A DNA stretch of 64,000 nt from Vicugna vicugna (Eukaryota). Shown here in pieces: positions 42,160 through 53,043 of this stretch; the first letter of the stretch is position 1, and each line of letters starts with the position of its first letter. A program made the translations under genes and the position numbers. The notes under the pieces are model-generated. The model worked only from the letters and a program-made list of their open reading frames with translations. It was not told where the DNA came from and did not search any database. The DNA is taken from positions 4,160,508 to 4,224,507 of the forward strand of contig MU058584.1 in the NCBI GenBank assembly GCA_013265495.1. The letters are read 5' to 3'.

Positions 42160-43369
42160 TTCATTAAAATAATGCTTTTAATTATTAGTGCTTTGGATAA
42201 GAAATTTATTCTACCAAGTTTAAGACATATTTTTCCTAAAGAGAAGCTGTTTTGAAACTCGTATTCAAGTTCCTCTCTCTTAGCCATTTAAGGATTCAGT
42301 TGCTTGATTCCTGACACACCTCTTTATGAGGGATCTCACATCGTCATCTGAAATCGCATATACAGGTGATAAAAGTAAACAATTTCTTCTCTTCTGAAGA
42401 AAAGTAATTTTCTTTTAAAGTCATGTTATTGTCCCTCTGATGACCAGATTTAGGTAGTAACAGCATTAGAAGCCATTTAAAGCAGTTGAGGAAGTCTTAG
42501 ATCAGTGTTCAAAGTAGCATTAATGAAAAAAAAAAAGCTACAGAGAGTGGTTGGGAGATGGACTTTGGCCCTGGTTTAAGCTGGTCCGTGTCCAGGTTAA
42601 CTTTACTTATAAAGGAACACCCGAAACAACTTACACACAAAATTCCCTCCTTTCTTTTGCAATCCCATTTTGGGGCAAAAAAAAAAAATGTGTGCTTATG
42701 TGTACATATTTTGAGTGGAGGAAACTGATTATACAGTGTTCGCTTAGATTTGAAAAGCTTTTTTAAAAGTTCTTTATAAGAAATAGTTTTGCCCTACATT
42801 GGCTCAAGGACTGTCAGACAGAAATGGACCACGGGTGGGACGTTCCATTTGTGTTTCATCATTGTTTGTCTTGGCAAGATTTATTCAGGTGCACTGTATA
42901 TAACATGTGCCAACCCCTTAGTACAGGTTCAGGCAGCAGCCGTGGGGGAGGGACGACCTCTCCCCAGCACAGGGGTTTCCAGGAATTGAGAACATATACT
43001 TGAGTACTTTCAAACACCAATGGTCAATCTAAATCTGGTACCTGCCCCTTTACAAGGATCACCGTTGGAAAACCATTTGGGAGTGATGGAACAAAACCTT
43101 TGATCATAACAAAAGATGTCTCTATGAAAATGGCTTCAAAATATGAAAATATATATATATATATCTAGCAATCTCATCTTCCAAGAAATCCAGTAACAAT
43201 CCCACTCAATTCTGTAAACAAGCAAGCAGGCAAACAAACAAACCAGTATGTGACAGAAAACTAGTTAATCTTCTGGGAAACTTTCCATAGAGAAACATTA
43301 AGCGCCCCAAGTCTGTATGAAATTTCCTAAGACTCTTCGCATGTGTGGTTAAATTCACCATATGCTGCT
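42160..43369 (-). terminator. CREG1: CREG1 3'UTR (~1.2 kb) with tandem poly(A) signals
   Basis: Minus-strand AATAAA (42205-42210) and ATTAAA (42177-42182), followed by a GU/U-rich tract (tgtgttggatttattttct). The cleavage site is inferred at about 42160. Confidence 0.75.
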
Positions 43370-43373
43370 TCAC
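43370..43373 (-). CDS. CREG1: CREG1 exon 4 coding part (G + TGA stop); total CDS 663 nt, 220 aa
   Basis: Polypyrimidine acceptor ttttcctcctctgtcttcccctctctag|GTGAAGCAG...GGTGAATTTA resembles the human last exon. 354+120+185+4 = 663. Confidence 0.9.
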
Positions 43374-46300
43374 CTAGAGAGGGGAAGACAGAGGAGGAAA
43401 AATTCTTTCATTAAATGAGTTGACAGATGGTAAAAAGTTATTTCATTCTAGGGAAGGACTAGAGAAACCTCTGATGTAAAAGTTCAAGATCTCGAGTTAA
43501 TTTCAGCCACATTCTTGGTGATTTCACTGGTGTATACATCTATCAAAATTCATCAAATTGTACATATGAAATATATGTAGTTTGCTGTACAGAAATCACA
43601 TCACAATAAAGGTGTTAAAATCAATCAATCAAACAAACCCATTTGGGGATCTATTTCTTAAAAAAAAAAAATTGACGTCTTTCATGTGCTTAAGAATCGC
43701 CTGAGTTTGCTAAAATGCAGATCCCTGAGTTCTGGTTTAGGCTCAGGCCAAGGAATCTTCATCCTAGCCAGCATCCCGGCTGACACACTTTAGCAAACGC
43801 TACCAGGACAAAACATGAACTAGCAGCCGTGGCTGCTGTGATCATCTCATTCTAGAATATCTGAAGGTTTTAAAGACAAAGACACTGAAGGCGTCCCGAA
43901 CACTAGAGCAAAAGAGCAGTAATCAGCCAGTGCCCAGCCAGGGAGGTGACCTTGATCCACTCCCCTGTTGCAGCCCTGACCACGGCCATCAGGAAATCCA
44001 TGTCCAGGTAAAGGCAAATTACATCTGTCTTTGCCAGGGAACACGTGGGAGGCCTGCTGCTCAGACTTAACAGTGAGAAAAGGCAACTGCTCATACTTAA
44101 GAGAGCTGCTTACTTACTCAAGCATGTCCGCAAACACTTCGGGTAAACATTTCAACCTTCCATTCAATATGAAAATATGCTTGTGGGTCTTGCCCCAACA
44201 GTCCAGTTAGGCCCCGTATGAGCCCTACCAAATGGGCCTGGTGCTGAAGCTCTCTCAAAAGACCCCATGGGAGTGAAAACAGGTTTGAAATGCAGATGGC
44301 TTTATGGTATTTAGAGAAATAACACCTTCTGAAACCCATCAGGGCAAACGGGGCAAGGTGGCTGCCACTTGGGGAGGCCCTAGAATGCCTGCGAGCCCCT
44401 GGGAGTGGCTTCCCAAGGCCCTACAAATACTACTGTACATTCTCTCGGGCTGTTAAACAGTTCTGGTGGCAAACTGGGTGGGTGGGATGGTGGGGGACCC
44501 ATTCGTGGGCTCTGAAATGAACAACAGTCAGAGGCACCTGTCTGGGAAAGTCAGCTTCAAGGCACTGCCCATTCCTAGGATTCCGGTGTTCTGCCTCCGG
44601 TGGGGGGAGGGGGGAGGTTGTCACATGCGGGGCTAGTCTTTTGTCCTCCTCTCGAAAGGACAGGAGAGAGTGTTCTCTCTTACCTCTGAGCTGCAGTAAA
44701 GGTCCACTCATCGGTATTGATAAAGTGAGAACCTCAAATTTATCTATTATACTCACTCATTCAGCGTGGAGACTTGCGGGAAAACCCATATTTGTTTTAT
44801 TAAAGAAAGCATTGCCCTTGGACATGTTATCTGTGCAAAGATAACTACTTCAGAGATTGTTATGTCCTGCATAAATGACATTTAACCTCGAAGAGTGGGC
44901 CTGTCATCTTACTGACTATTCCTGCTTGATAATTTGTCGCCTGGCCATGGTGTTGTAATTGCTACCTCTGTCTTCCTATAAAGGAAGATGGCTTTTTGGG
45001 TCCAGAAGGCAGTCACTGGCCCTGGCGTGCACGGCAGTGGAATAAACGCCATGATGGTTGGACTCTTTATTCAAACAAAGAAGTTGAAAATCTTTGTCTC
45101 AAAGCTACCAGCCTGACCAGTAGTCAGTATTTGCTAAACGCCTGTGCTGTGCACTGTCCCAGGCCCCTGTTTGGAACAGAGGGAAAAACAACAACAAAAC
45201 TAAAACCTGAGCTTTGCTGTGAAGAGATTGACAACTGTGGTGGGAAACCAACAGTGCACCACAGATGCAACAGACGAAGAATGAACAAAAGAATAAACAA
45301 TGTAAGAAGCCCAGACCCCAGCCACAGGGCTAGCGTGGCATTACCACCCTAGTCTCCACAAGCAGAAGGTGTTCATATGACACTGGATTAGGAGCCTGGC
45401 CAGCTGCAGCGCGGTGACCAGAGGGGGAGCGTGACGTCAGTTTAGAAGCCAGGGGAGGGCTCTGGCGCTGGAGGGCCGGGGCCTGAACCCCAGCGCCGTC
45501 GCTGACTGGCTGTGGGACGTTAGGCAAGTTTCTTACTTTTCTGTGCATCCGCTCTTCACCCCAGAGATGAAGAAAAACATCCCCTGACGCACAGGGCTGC
45601 CGCGAGAGTGCAGCGAGCTCATCGGTGACAAGCCGGTGACGCTCCACAAACACTGCCGCTACTGTTCTTCGTGTCACCGACCACCAGGCCTAGAAGCGCC
45701 AGGCGTGCCAGAGTGACCTGTGTCGCCTGGAAGAAGCACCAGTCCCTTGTGCTCCTTCATCATCCTTAGGTCAACCCTGACCTAATTGTAAAGAATCTGA
45801 TCGCACCCCTTTCCCATCTGCAGGTTACGTTTTTCTCCTCATTCTCTCCCATGGTTCCTTCCCTCCAAGCGTCAGCTGCTGGCGGGATACACCACACGTC
45901 CATCCCACCAGGGCCCACAGGACTGGGGGCGGAAGGGAGGGCGTCACATGCTCCGGCACGGAAGCACCCAGGTCTGACTCTCGTGAGAAAATGCACCATC
46001 ATGGGTCAGAACTGGGCTCCATCCAGGATCCCATAAGCACAGCCTTCAAATGGGGTCTCCACTTGGTGTCCTAGCTTGGAGATAGAGTTCAGAGGGTCTG
46101 GTGGGGGAGAAACAGGGATGGAAAAAAGTTTTCATATTCATGATGCTCTGAAATGTTTCGTTTTCTTCAACAATGAATGTAGGCAATAAACCACAGTGGT
46201 GATGGCCTATCAGTGACGGCCACCAACAGAAACACAGCAATCACAGACACTTGCACAACATGGTAGAGTTGTTGCAGAGGTCTTAAAATATTGTTTCAGT

Positions 46301-46631
46301 CCTCACTGCTCTGAAAGTACAGAAGATTTATGGACTCACTATTGGATCTTATTACATAACGTGTTCACTAAAAAGCCAACATATGACTATATTACACATT
46401 TGAAATACTTTTACACATGTATTTCAATGTAGTTCGTTTCTTTTGTAATCTTATGTGTTTTAAGCATTTAAAAAATATTGTTCTTGGCAGGTGGTCACAG
46501 GCTTACCAGCTTGTCAAAGGAATCCACGGTACACAAAATGGTTAAGACTCCCCCCCTTGCTTTAGAATTAGGTTGAGGACCACTGATAAGGGCTGCAACA
46601 CTGCAAAGATGAAAGGTGTGTAAATACTTAC

Positions 46632-46816
46632 TGAAATGTGACGTTATAATATTCTTCAGGCGTCACTATTTTCGGTCCACCAAAGTAGTCCAGGACCCAG
46701 ATATTGGTTATATTCAACTTAGCAAAGAACCAATTATGGCTGGATGGCCAGCTTTTCATCTCAGGGTGTCGAATGAATAATGAATTCTTTGCAATGTCCA
46801 CTTCTGTCTCACTCAC
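46632..46816 (-). CDS. CREG1: CREG1 exon 3 (61 codons + 2 nt)
   Basis: Acceptor cttatag|GTG. Encodes VSETEVDIAKNSLFIRHPEMKSWPSSHNWFFAKLNITNIWVLDYFGGPKIVTPEEYYNVTF. Donor CA|gtaagt; 185 nt. Confidence 0.97.
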
Positions 46817-48104
46817 CTATAAGATATATATAAAATAAACCTCATAGCAGTCACATTTTGTTTTCTTGCCTGTTAAGAGTATGTGATTCTAGTATTCTAC
46901 AAATCCTAAAGAGTCTAGTGATAAGTCCTGATTTTTTAAGTTTAATTTTTTAAAAAATTGATATATAATTGACATACAACAATCTATTAGTTTTAGGTGT
47001 GCAACATAATGATTTGATATGTGCATATATTGCAAAATGATCACAAGTTTAGTTAACATTCATCACCACACAGTTACAATTTTCTTCTCTTCTTTTTTTC
47101 CTTTTCTTTTTTTCTTGCGCTGAGAACTTTTAAGATCTTCTCAAATGCTGATCTTAAGGAATCAGGAGAAAGTAAAGGGAGCTTGAAGAAATGCAGAGAA
47201 CAGTGGAGATTTCAAATGTTGGTGATGACATACTATAATGAAGTGGGAAGCCATCACGAGTGCCAGTGTTCACTGCTAAATGGTAATTTTGAGCTATCAG
47301 AGTAATTGATGCAAAGTACTATAATAAAATGTTACCAGTGCTTATGCCATCTAACATTAGCACATTTATCCCAAAACTCGTACACATTAAACATGGAGAT
47401 GGGCGTACAGAAAGGATAAAAGTCTGTGGAAGAGGCACAGCGGAACTCAAGAGCACCTGTGCCCCTCCCCCTTTCTCCTCCAGTGAAGGACACTCAACTC
47501 CAGAGATGCACCTACATGGAATTTCCAGACCACAAATAAATCTTCTCTGAGGGATTCATGACTGACAAGGTGAGGAAGGAAGGTCTTCTGGCTCGGCAGT
47601 CAGATGAGTGTTCAGGACCCCTCATCCTCCGCCCTTCCCATGGCTTTACTGAACCTCTTCCCTCTAGCACTCACCCCAAACTGCCGAAATTCATTTCTAG
47701 TATTTAATAATGGTTACTCCTCTGTTAACTCACTTAGTACACTCTGTGCTCTCAGCCGCTGGTAAAATCCGGAGATAAGGAACCCCAGAACGAGAAGTAC
47801 TGTGTAGTGTACAACATGACTATGAACTTTGGTTGAGCAGATGTTCCTTATACAGGAGCTTAATAGCTGTTACATCTGTTCAGCTTCAAAAAATAGCTCA
47901 TTTCCCCCATAAACATCTTATTGAACACCTACATGAAAGCAACTGATTAAAACCTTTAGCTTTCATGAAATTACATATTAGAACATATTCTGTGTACCTC
48001 AATCACCAACTTTATTTTATTCTCAAAATATATCTCTTCCTTTATTGTTAATAAGATGATGCCCTTCTAAAACCAGTGTCTGTTCTCGTAAGATAACGAT
48101 TTAC

Positions 48105-48224
48105 CTTGACAACAGTTCCCGACAGTATTATGTGAGCACAGAGGGGACTTTGGGGATCAAATCCATATTTCTTGCAGAAGCTAGTCTCTGCCAAAGACAT
48201 GGTCAGCGTAGCATATGGATTCTC
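48105..48224 (-). CDS. CREG1: CREG1 exon 2 (40 codons)
   Basis: Acceptor ttctctccacag|GAG. Encodes ENPYATLTMSLAETSFCKKYGFDPQSPLCAHIILSGTVVK. Donor AAG|gtaaat; 120 nt. Confidence 0.97.
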
Positions 48225-50037
48225 CTGTGGAGAGAAAAATGAAGACCCTGTCCTGTGAAATAGTGTCTCTGGAGAGGTAATACATTTCACAGGTTGCATA
48301 CACACTGTTCCCAGAACTTGACCGTGCTTCCGTGAAACAATGAATTGAAAAACACCACGTTCCACTCAGGAAAATTACTACTTGGATAGAGACTGATCTT
48401 GATCCTTGCTCCAAAAAATTTGTGCGTGGGGGGGACACTGTTTCATATTTAAAATTAACTGACTCGGTAAGAATTATTTTAACTTTTTTTCTCTTAAACT
48501 CTTAATTTGTCCCGTATTCACCAGAGGAATTATAATTACAGTACCACCCAAATACAAGGCTAATCTATAGTCTTAACTGAAAGATCTAAAGGATTAGACT
48601 CTAACATGAAACTTGTGCATAAAAATATCACTGTGGCTCAACAAGCTGATTGTACAGTTTAAGCAAGAAAGTAGCTGAATCATGCTTCTTGGTTATCTTA
48701 AGATAGAAGAAACTGTCATGTGATTTCAAAACTGGAGAAGTTGCTCATTTCTGCTCTGGCAACAAGAGAATTCTTAGATAAAAAACGTGAGGCAAGCAAA
48801 ATTTCTAATGCTTTCTTATTCAGAAATGAGCTTCCTAAATGGCACTGTTGACAGATTACAGCAAAATTCATACGTTGTATTTAGTGCTTTAAACACCAAG
48901 TGTCTCGTGGGGAGAATTTTGCCATCTCACAGTGACCCAACAAAACAGTGAGTCATAAAGAGATCTTCTTGGAATCATTTAGCCAAATATTTGCTATCTA
49001 CAGACCATTAGGCAAGGCATTATAGGAGACCAAAAATGGGGGGGGGTGACTCAGATAAGGTGTTTCCCTTCTCTGTGAGTTGATTATCTGGTTGAAAATT
49101 CAGACATAAACAAAACCTAAATGATGCAAAACAAAGGCACAGAAGCAGTCAAAAGGCAGCACATAACTAATTGCCAAGTGAATGATACAGTTAAGTGTAT
49201 CTGAAGTTCAGTGTAAGGAGATGTCAGCACAGCCTGGAGTGATATGGAAACTCTAAAGAGCTTTGTATGATATTCAAAATCAGGATGGATGTGGGAAGAC
49301 ACATTAAAGGCAAAGGGAATGGTAATTGCAAAACACGGAATTGGGAAAGTGTAAGACATGACTGTGAGTGGTGAGAAACCCAATTTGCTTGAAAGAAAGG
49401 CTTTCTGAGGAGAGGGGGTTGGAGACAAGGTTGAGGGGGAGTTTGGGTAGTAAGGGTGGTTTAACTCCAAGCTAAGAAGTCAAGACTGTATTTTGCAGGC
49501 TGGCACCTGTCCATGCTTTCCAAGAACTGCTTGTCTGGAGAGCCTGTTAAAATGCAGATTTCTGGGCTCCACTCCCAGCTCAGGTATTGGGATTTTTAAC
49601 AAACACCCCAGATGAATCTTACTCAGCTCTAGGCAGATAGACATTATTAAAGGTTTCTGGGAAGAGGGCAATGCTGAGTGGTATTTTGTTCATGTAAATC
49701 TGGTGGGTGGAGTGGACAGGAGCAGACAGGAAGAAGACAGAGGTCAGAAAGAGGAAGAAAAGTAGAAAGCAGAAATTAACAACTTTGTCGCATTAACTGA
49801 TGGACTCAGAGTCAGACTCAGTCCGATGCGTAGGCCATGCCTTTTCACTGCCATCACATCATGACCTGAAACCCTGGGTGGGTTCCTCACCACTGTCTCT
49901 TTCTAGAGATGTCAAAGACCTGGGCTCAAATTCTACCTGACAGCCATTAGCTGACAAGTCCCTGCACCTCTGAGTTTGTTTCCTCATTCCGACAATCTGC
50001 ACAATCCAACCCGCCACCATTAGAAGCATCAGGGAGG

Positions 50038-50135
50038 AGGGGGCGGGTAGAGCTCAGTGGTAGAACGTGTGCTTGGTGTGCACCAGGTGCTGGGTTCAAT
50101 CCCAGTGCATCTGCTAAGGAAGGAAAAGCAGCAGC
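50038..50135 (+). mobile_element. Camelid tRNA-Ala-derived SINE
   Basis: GGGTAGAGCTCAGTGGTAGAACG...GGGTTCAATCCCAG; flanking AGCATCAGGGAGGA / AGCAGCAGGGAGGA. Confidence 0.8.
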
Positions 50136-51249
50136 AGCAGCAGGGAGGAATCTGGGGGGTAACTTTTAATAAAATACCTTGGCATTGTATTTTTGAAAAT
50201 CTTTCCAGGTGACTATTTGCAATGAAGATTGAACATCACTGATGGAGTGAGTGGAATGAGCTCACTGTGAACAAACGTCTAAGGGAGGGGAGCGGGCTGG
50301 GAATAAGAAAATAGTGAATGGAGGTGTATTGCCTTGGATAAAGGAGGCAGCTGCTTCTGGTTTTGCTCAGAGAATGCAGGTCCCCAGGGTTACAGACTGT
50401 CCAATTTTTCAAGAAGTCCGAAATTTATACTTTTTAATTGCAATCTCAATTTTTGAATGTTGGCAACAAACTCAAATGTATTAAAAAACAGAACAGAGCT
50501 CTGCGTGGGCCAAAGAAAACCAGTCTGTGGGACATATTCAGCTCATGGGCCACAAGTCTGTGACCTGTGTTTTGAAGGCAGATGGACCTGCGGTGAGATT
50601 CGATTGTGGCTACTGGCTTTGGGCAAATTACCTAACCTAAGTCTCAAGTTCTTCATCTGCAGTATGAAGATGGTAATACTCACCTTGAAGGTTATTAAAA
50701 GAGACGATGGGTGGAAAGAGGTCAGCCTGGCACACAGCAGGTGCTTCATCAAATTATCAGGTTTTTCATCTTATCTTTATTAACAAAGTTAACCTCAGAT
50801 CTGGGATCTTCTGTCATAGAGACCCTTTCCCAAATCAGGCTCTGTTCCTGGACTCAGTCTGGCTCTAGTCTCCCAAGCTGTGACACAGCTCTTGGCACAG
50901 CAGTGGTCCACCAGCGAGGTGTCAACCTAGTCTTGCCCCAAAAGATGGGCAAAGGTGAGGACAGGGCCCTCCCATCAGCTGTGCTCCCTACGGCGGAAGC
51001 TGATGCGCACACGAGGCCTAAAGACTGCCATAATCATTCACTATGTCTATTCGCTTCTTGCTGCTGAAGGGAAAATTCTTAATTCAGTAGGAGGGGTAAG
51101 AAAGAAAATCCCTGAAGCCACTTAGACAAAGTGCTAAACTACCCAAACGTCTCTACACCCTATAAAACTTTTAATAATCGGAGCCCGGTTAATGAGACAC
51201 CGTGCCCCAAGACGACTCGGGGGTGAGAAGTCCTCCAGGTGCTGGTGAA

Positions 51250-52070
51250 GAATTCACCCCAAGTGAGTCGCGCGGTGGCGAGGGCGTGCGTGCAATTCCT
51301 GGAATTTAATTGCCCAACAACTGGGAAGCTGCAATGCCTGCCTGGTCAGCGCGGCAGAGAAGAGGCAGGGGTTTGGGAGAGGCTCAAATTCTCATCTGTA
51401 AGAGGCCAGCTCTCCTTCCCGGGCAGAATTCAGGCAACAGTGGAAAGGCTCGCGCTCCGGCGCGCGGTTCCGCGCGGCCCCGCCCGCTCACCTGCAGGTT
51501 GCCCACCGACTGCTGCAGCGGACTCAGGTAGAAGTAGGGCACGCCGCTGCCCTTGCTCGGAGGCCCGTCGCTAAGCGATAAGACGTCGGCGAAGGGCCGG
51601 CCGCGCACCCCCTCCTGCGTGGAGATGGTGGCCAGAGCGCCCCAGTCGCAGACGTTCGTCACGAAGCGGGCCACGAGCGCCGCTTTCTCGCGGGGCGGCA
51701 GCGGCGGCAGCAGCTTGGCGGCGTCCCAGTCGGCGTGTTCCCGGCCGCCCCGGCCTCGCGCCGGCGCCACCAGGAGGGCCACAAGAACCGGCGCCAGCAG
51801 GCAGGCGAGCACGGCGCGCGCGGATCCGCGGGCACGCCCGGCCATGGCGGTGACTCCAGCGAGAGCCCGGAGACCCGAGGCCTACGGGGGCCCAAATTTA
51901 GGCCATTGCTCCCGGGCCCCGCCCACCTCGGGGCACATAGGCCCCGCCCCCTCCGAGGGGGACCAATCGGAGTACGGGGTGCTGGTGGAGGGGGCGTGTC
52001 CCTCGGCCCGCTCGGCAACCTGCTGGGACCCGGCTGTTTATCCACCTTCCTCCTGCGCCGCGCTGCTCTG
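51250..52070. promoter_or_regulatory. CREG1: CpG island and CREG1 promoter (GC boxes, CCAAT box)
   Basis: Dense CpG over exon 1. Sp/KLF boxes GCCCCGCCC at ~51916-51924 and ~51941-51950. NF-Y-type GACCAATCGG at 51961-51970. Confidence 0.85.
51492..51845 (-). CDS. CREG1: CREG1 exon 1 (signal peptide and N-terminus, 118 codons)
   Basis: Kozak gtcaccgccATGg. Encodes MAGRARGSARAVLACLLAPVLVALLVAPARG...ARFVTNVCDWGALATIS...GRPFADVLSLSDGPP...GVPYFYLSPLQQSVGNLQ. Donor CAG|gtgagc; 354 nt. Confidence 0.97.
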
Positions 52071-53024
52071 TCCTGCAGGTTTGTCAGGATTGCGAAACTG
52101 TCCTAAACGGGATATTTATTTTGTTTGACAGATGAAAAAACGAAGGCGTAGAGTAATTAGGCCCCCTGCCACGTCATACTATTAGGAAAGAACCAGCCTC
52201 TTCACACGCACCCCTTCCTTTGGTACCTTTGGATATGGGTATCTGGCATCCGAGAGGAAATGCTGAGTTTTCTACATATGCTTTTTCCTGTTTACTTCAC
52301 TATCCGCACCAAAAGCAGCAAACGTCCTAGTGGGAAGGAGAGAAACCCCACAGTTTCCCACGTTATAAACTACTCCTGGCCCAGGAGCCTCTCAGACAGA
52401 GACACTCGGGGAGGGTCAGGATTCTGTGCACGAATTTGGACTCATCGAAGCCAATCGTGGGCCAAAGTCATCAGGCTTGAGGGCAGTGGTTTCACAAATG
52501 TCTTGCCCTTGCTGACTCCTCACTCCATGTAAGGGGCATTTCCTTTTGCTCCTCCAAAGAAAGTCCCTTCCATTTCTTCAGCGGTGCTTCCTCTTTCTGA
52601 TACTCTGGGAATTGGTAAGTAAGCTCATACCACCTGACATACTTTCTTTAGAATTGTAAGCTTCGGTCACCTCTCCTCAGAGTGAGGCCTAATCTTTCTG
52701 GCCTGGCCTCCAAGCCCCACATTCATCGTTGTTATAAATACTGCGAGGTGGTGCTGGCGCGGGAGTGTCTCTGCTCGTAAAGCCGGCTCTGGCGAACCTG
52801 GCCCTCTGAGGCTGAGCTGTTCAACAAAGGTGAAGTAACCTCACTCAGCTGCCCCGGGCCAGTCAGGTGAGCAAGTGGGAGGGGCCACAGGTGTGCGAGC
52901 CAAAGCCCCGCCTCCACTTCCTGTCTCGAGCTCCGCCTCCCCATAGTCAGCCTGGAAGGTTCTGAGGCTGATCAGGCAGAGCTCGGGTTCGGAAGCAGGA
53001 CCACTTCCTCTGAGTAGGAGTCTC

Positions 53025-53043
53025 CAGCTCCCTCTGGTGGCCA
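53025..53043 (-). promoter_or_regulatory. CTCF motif upstream of CREG1
   Basis: Minus strand TGGCCACCAGAGGGAGCTG, one mismatch to the core consensus. Confidence 0.7.

Noticed and set aside
51384..51491. ORF extension of CREG1 exon 1 past NLQ, and overlapping ORFs 51553-52128
   Set aside because: Read-through past the canonical GTGAGC donor and CpG-island shadow frames.
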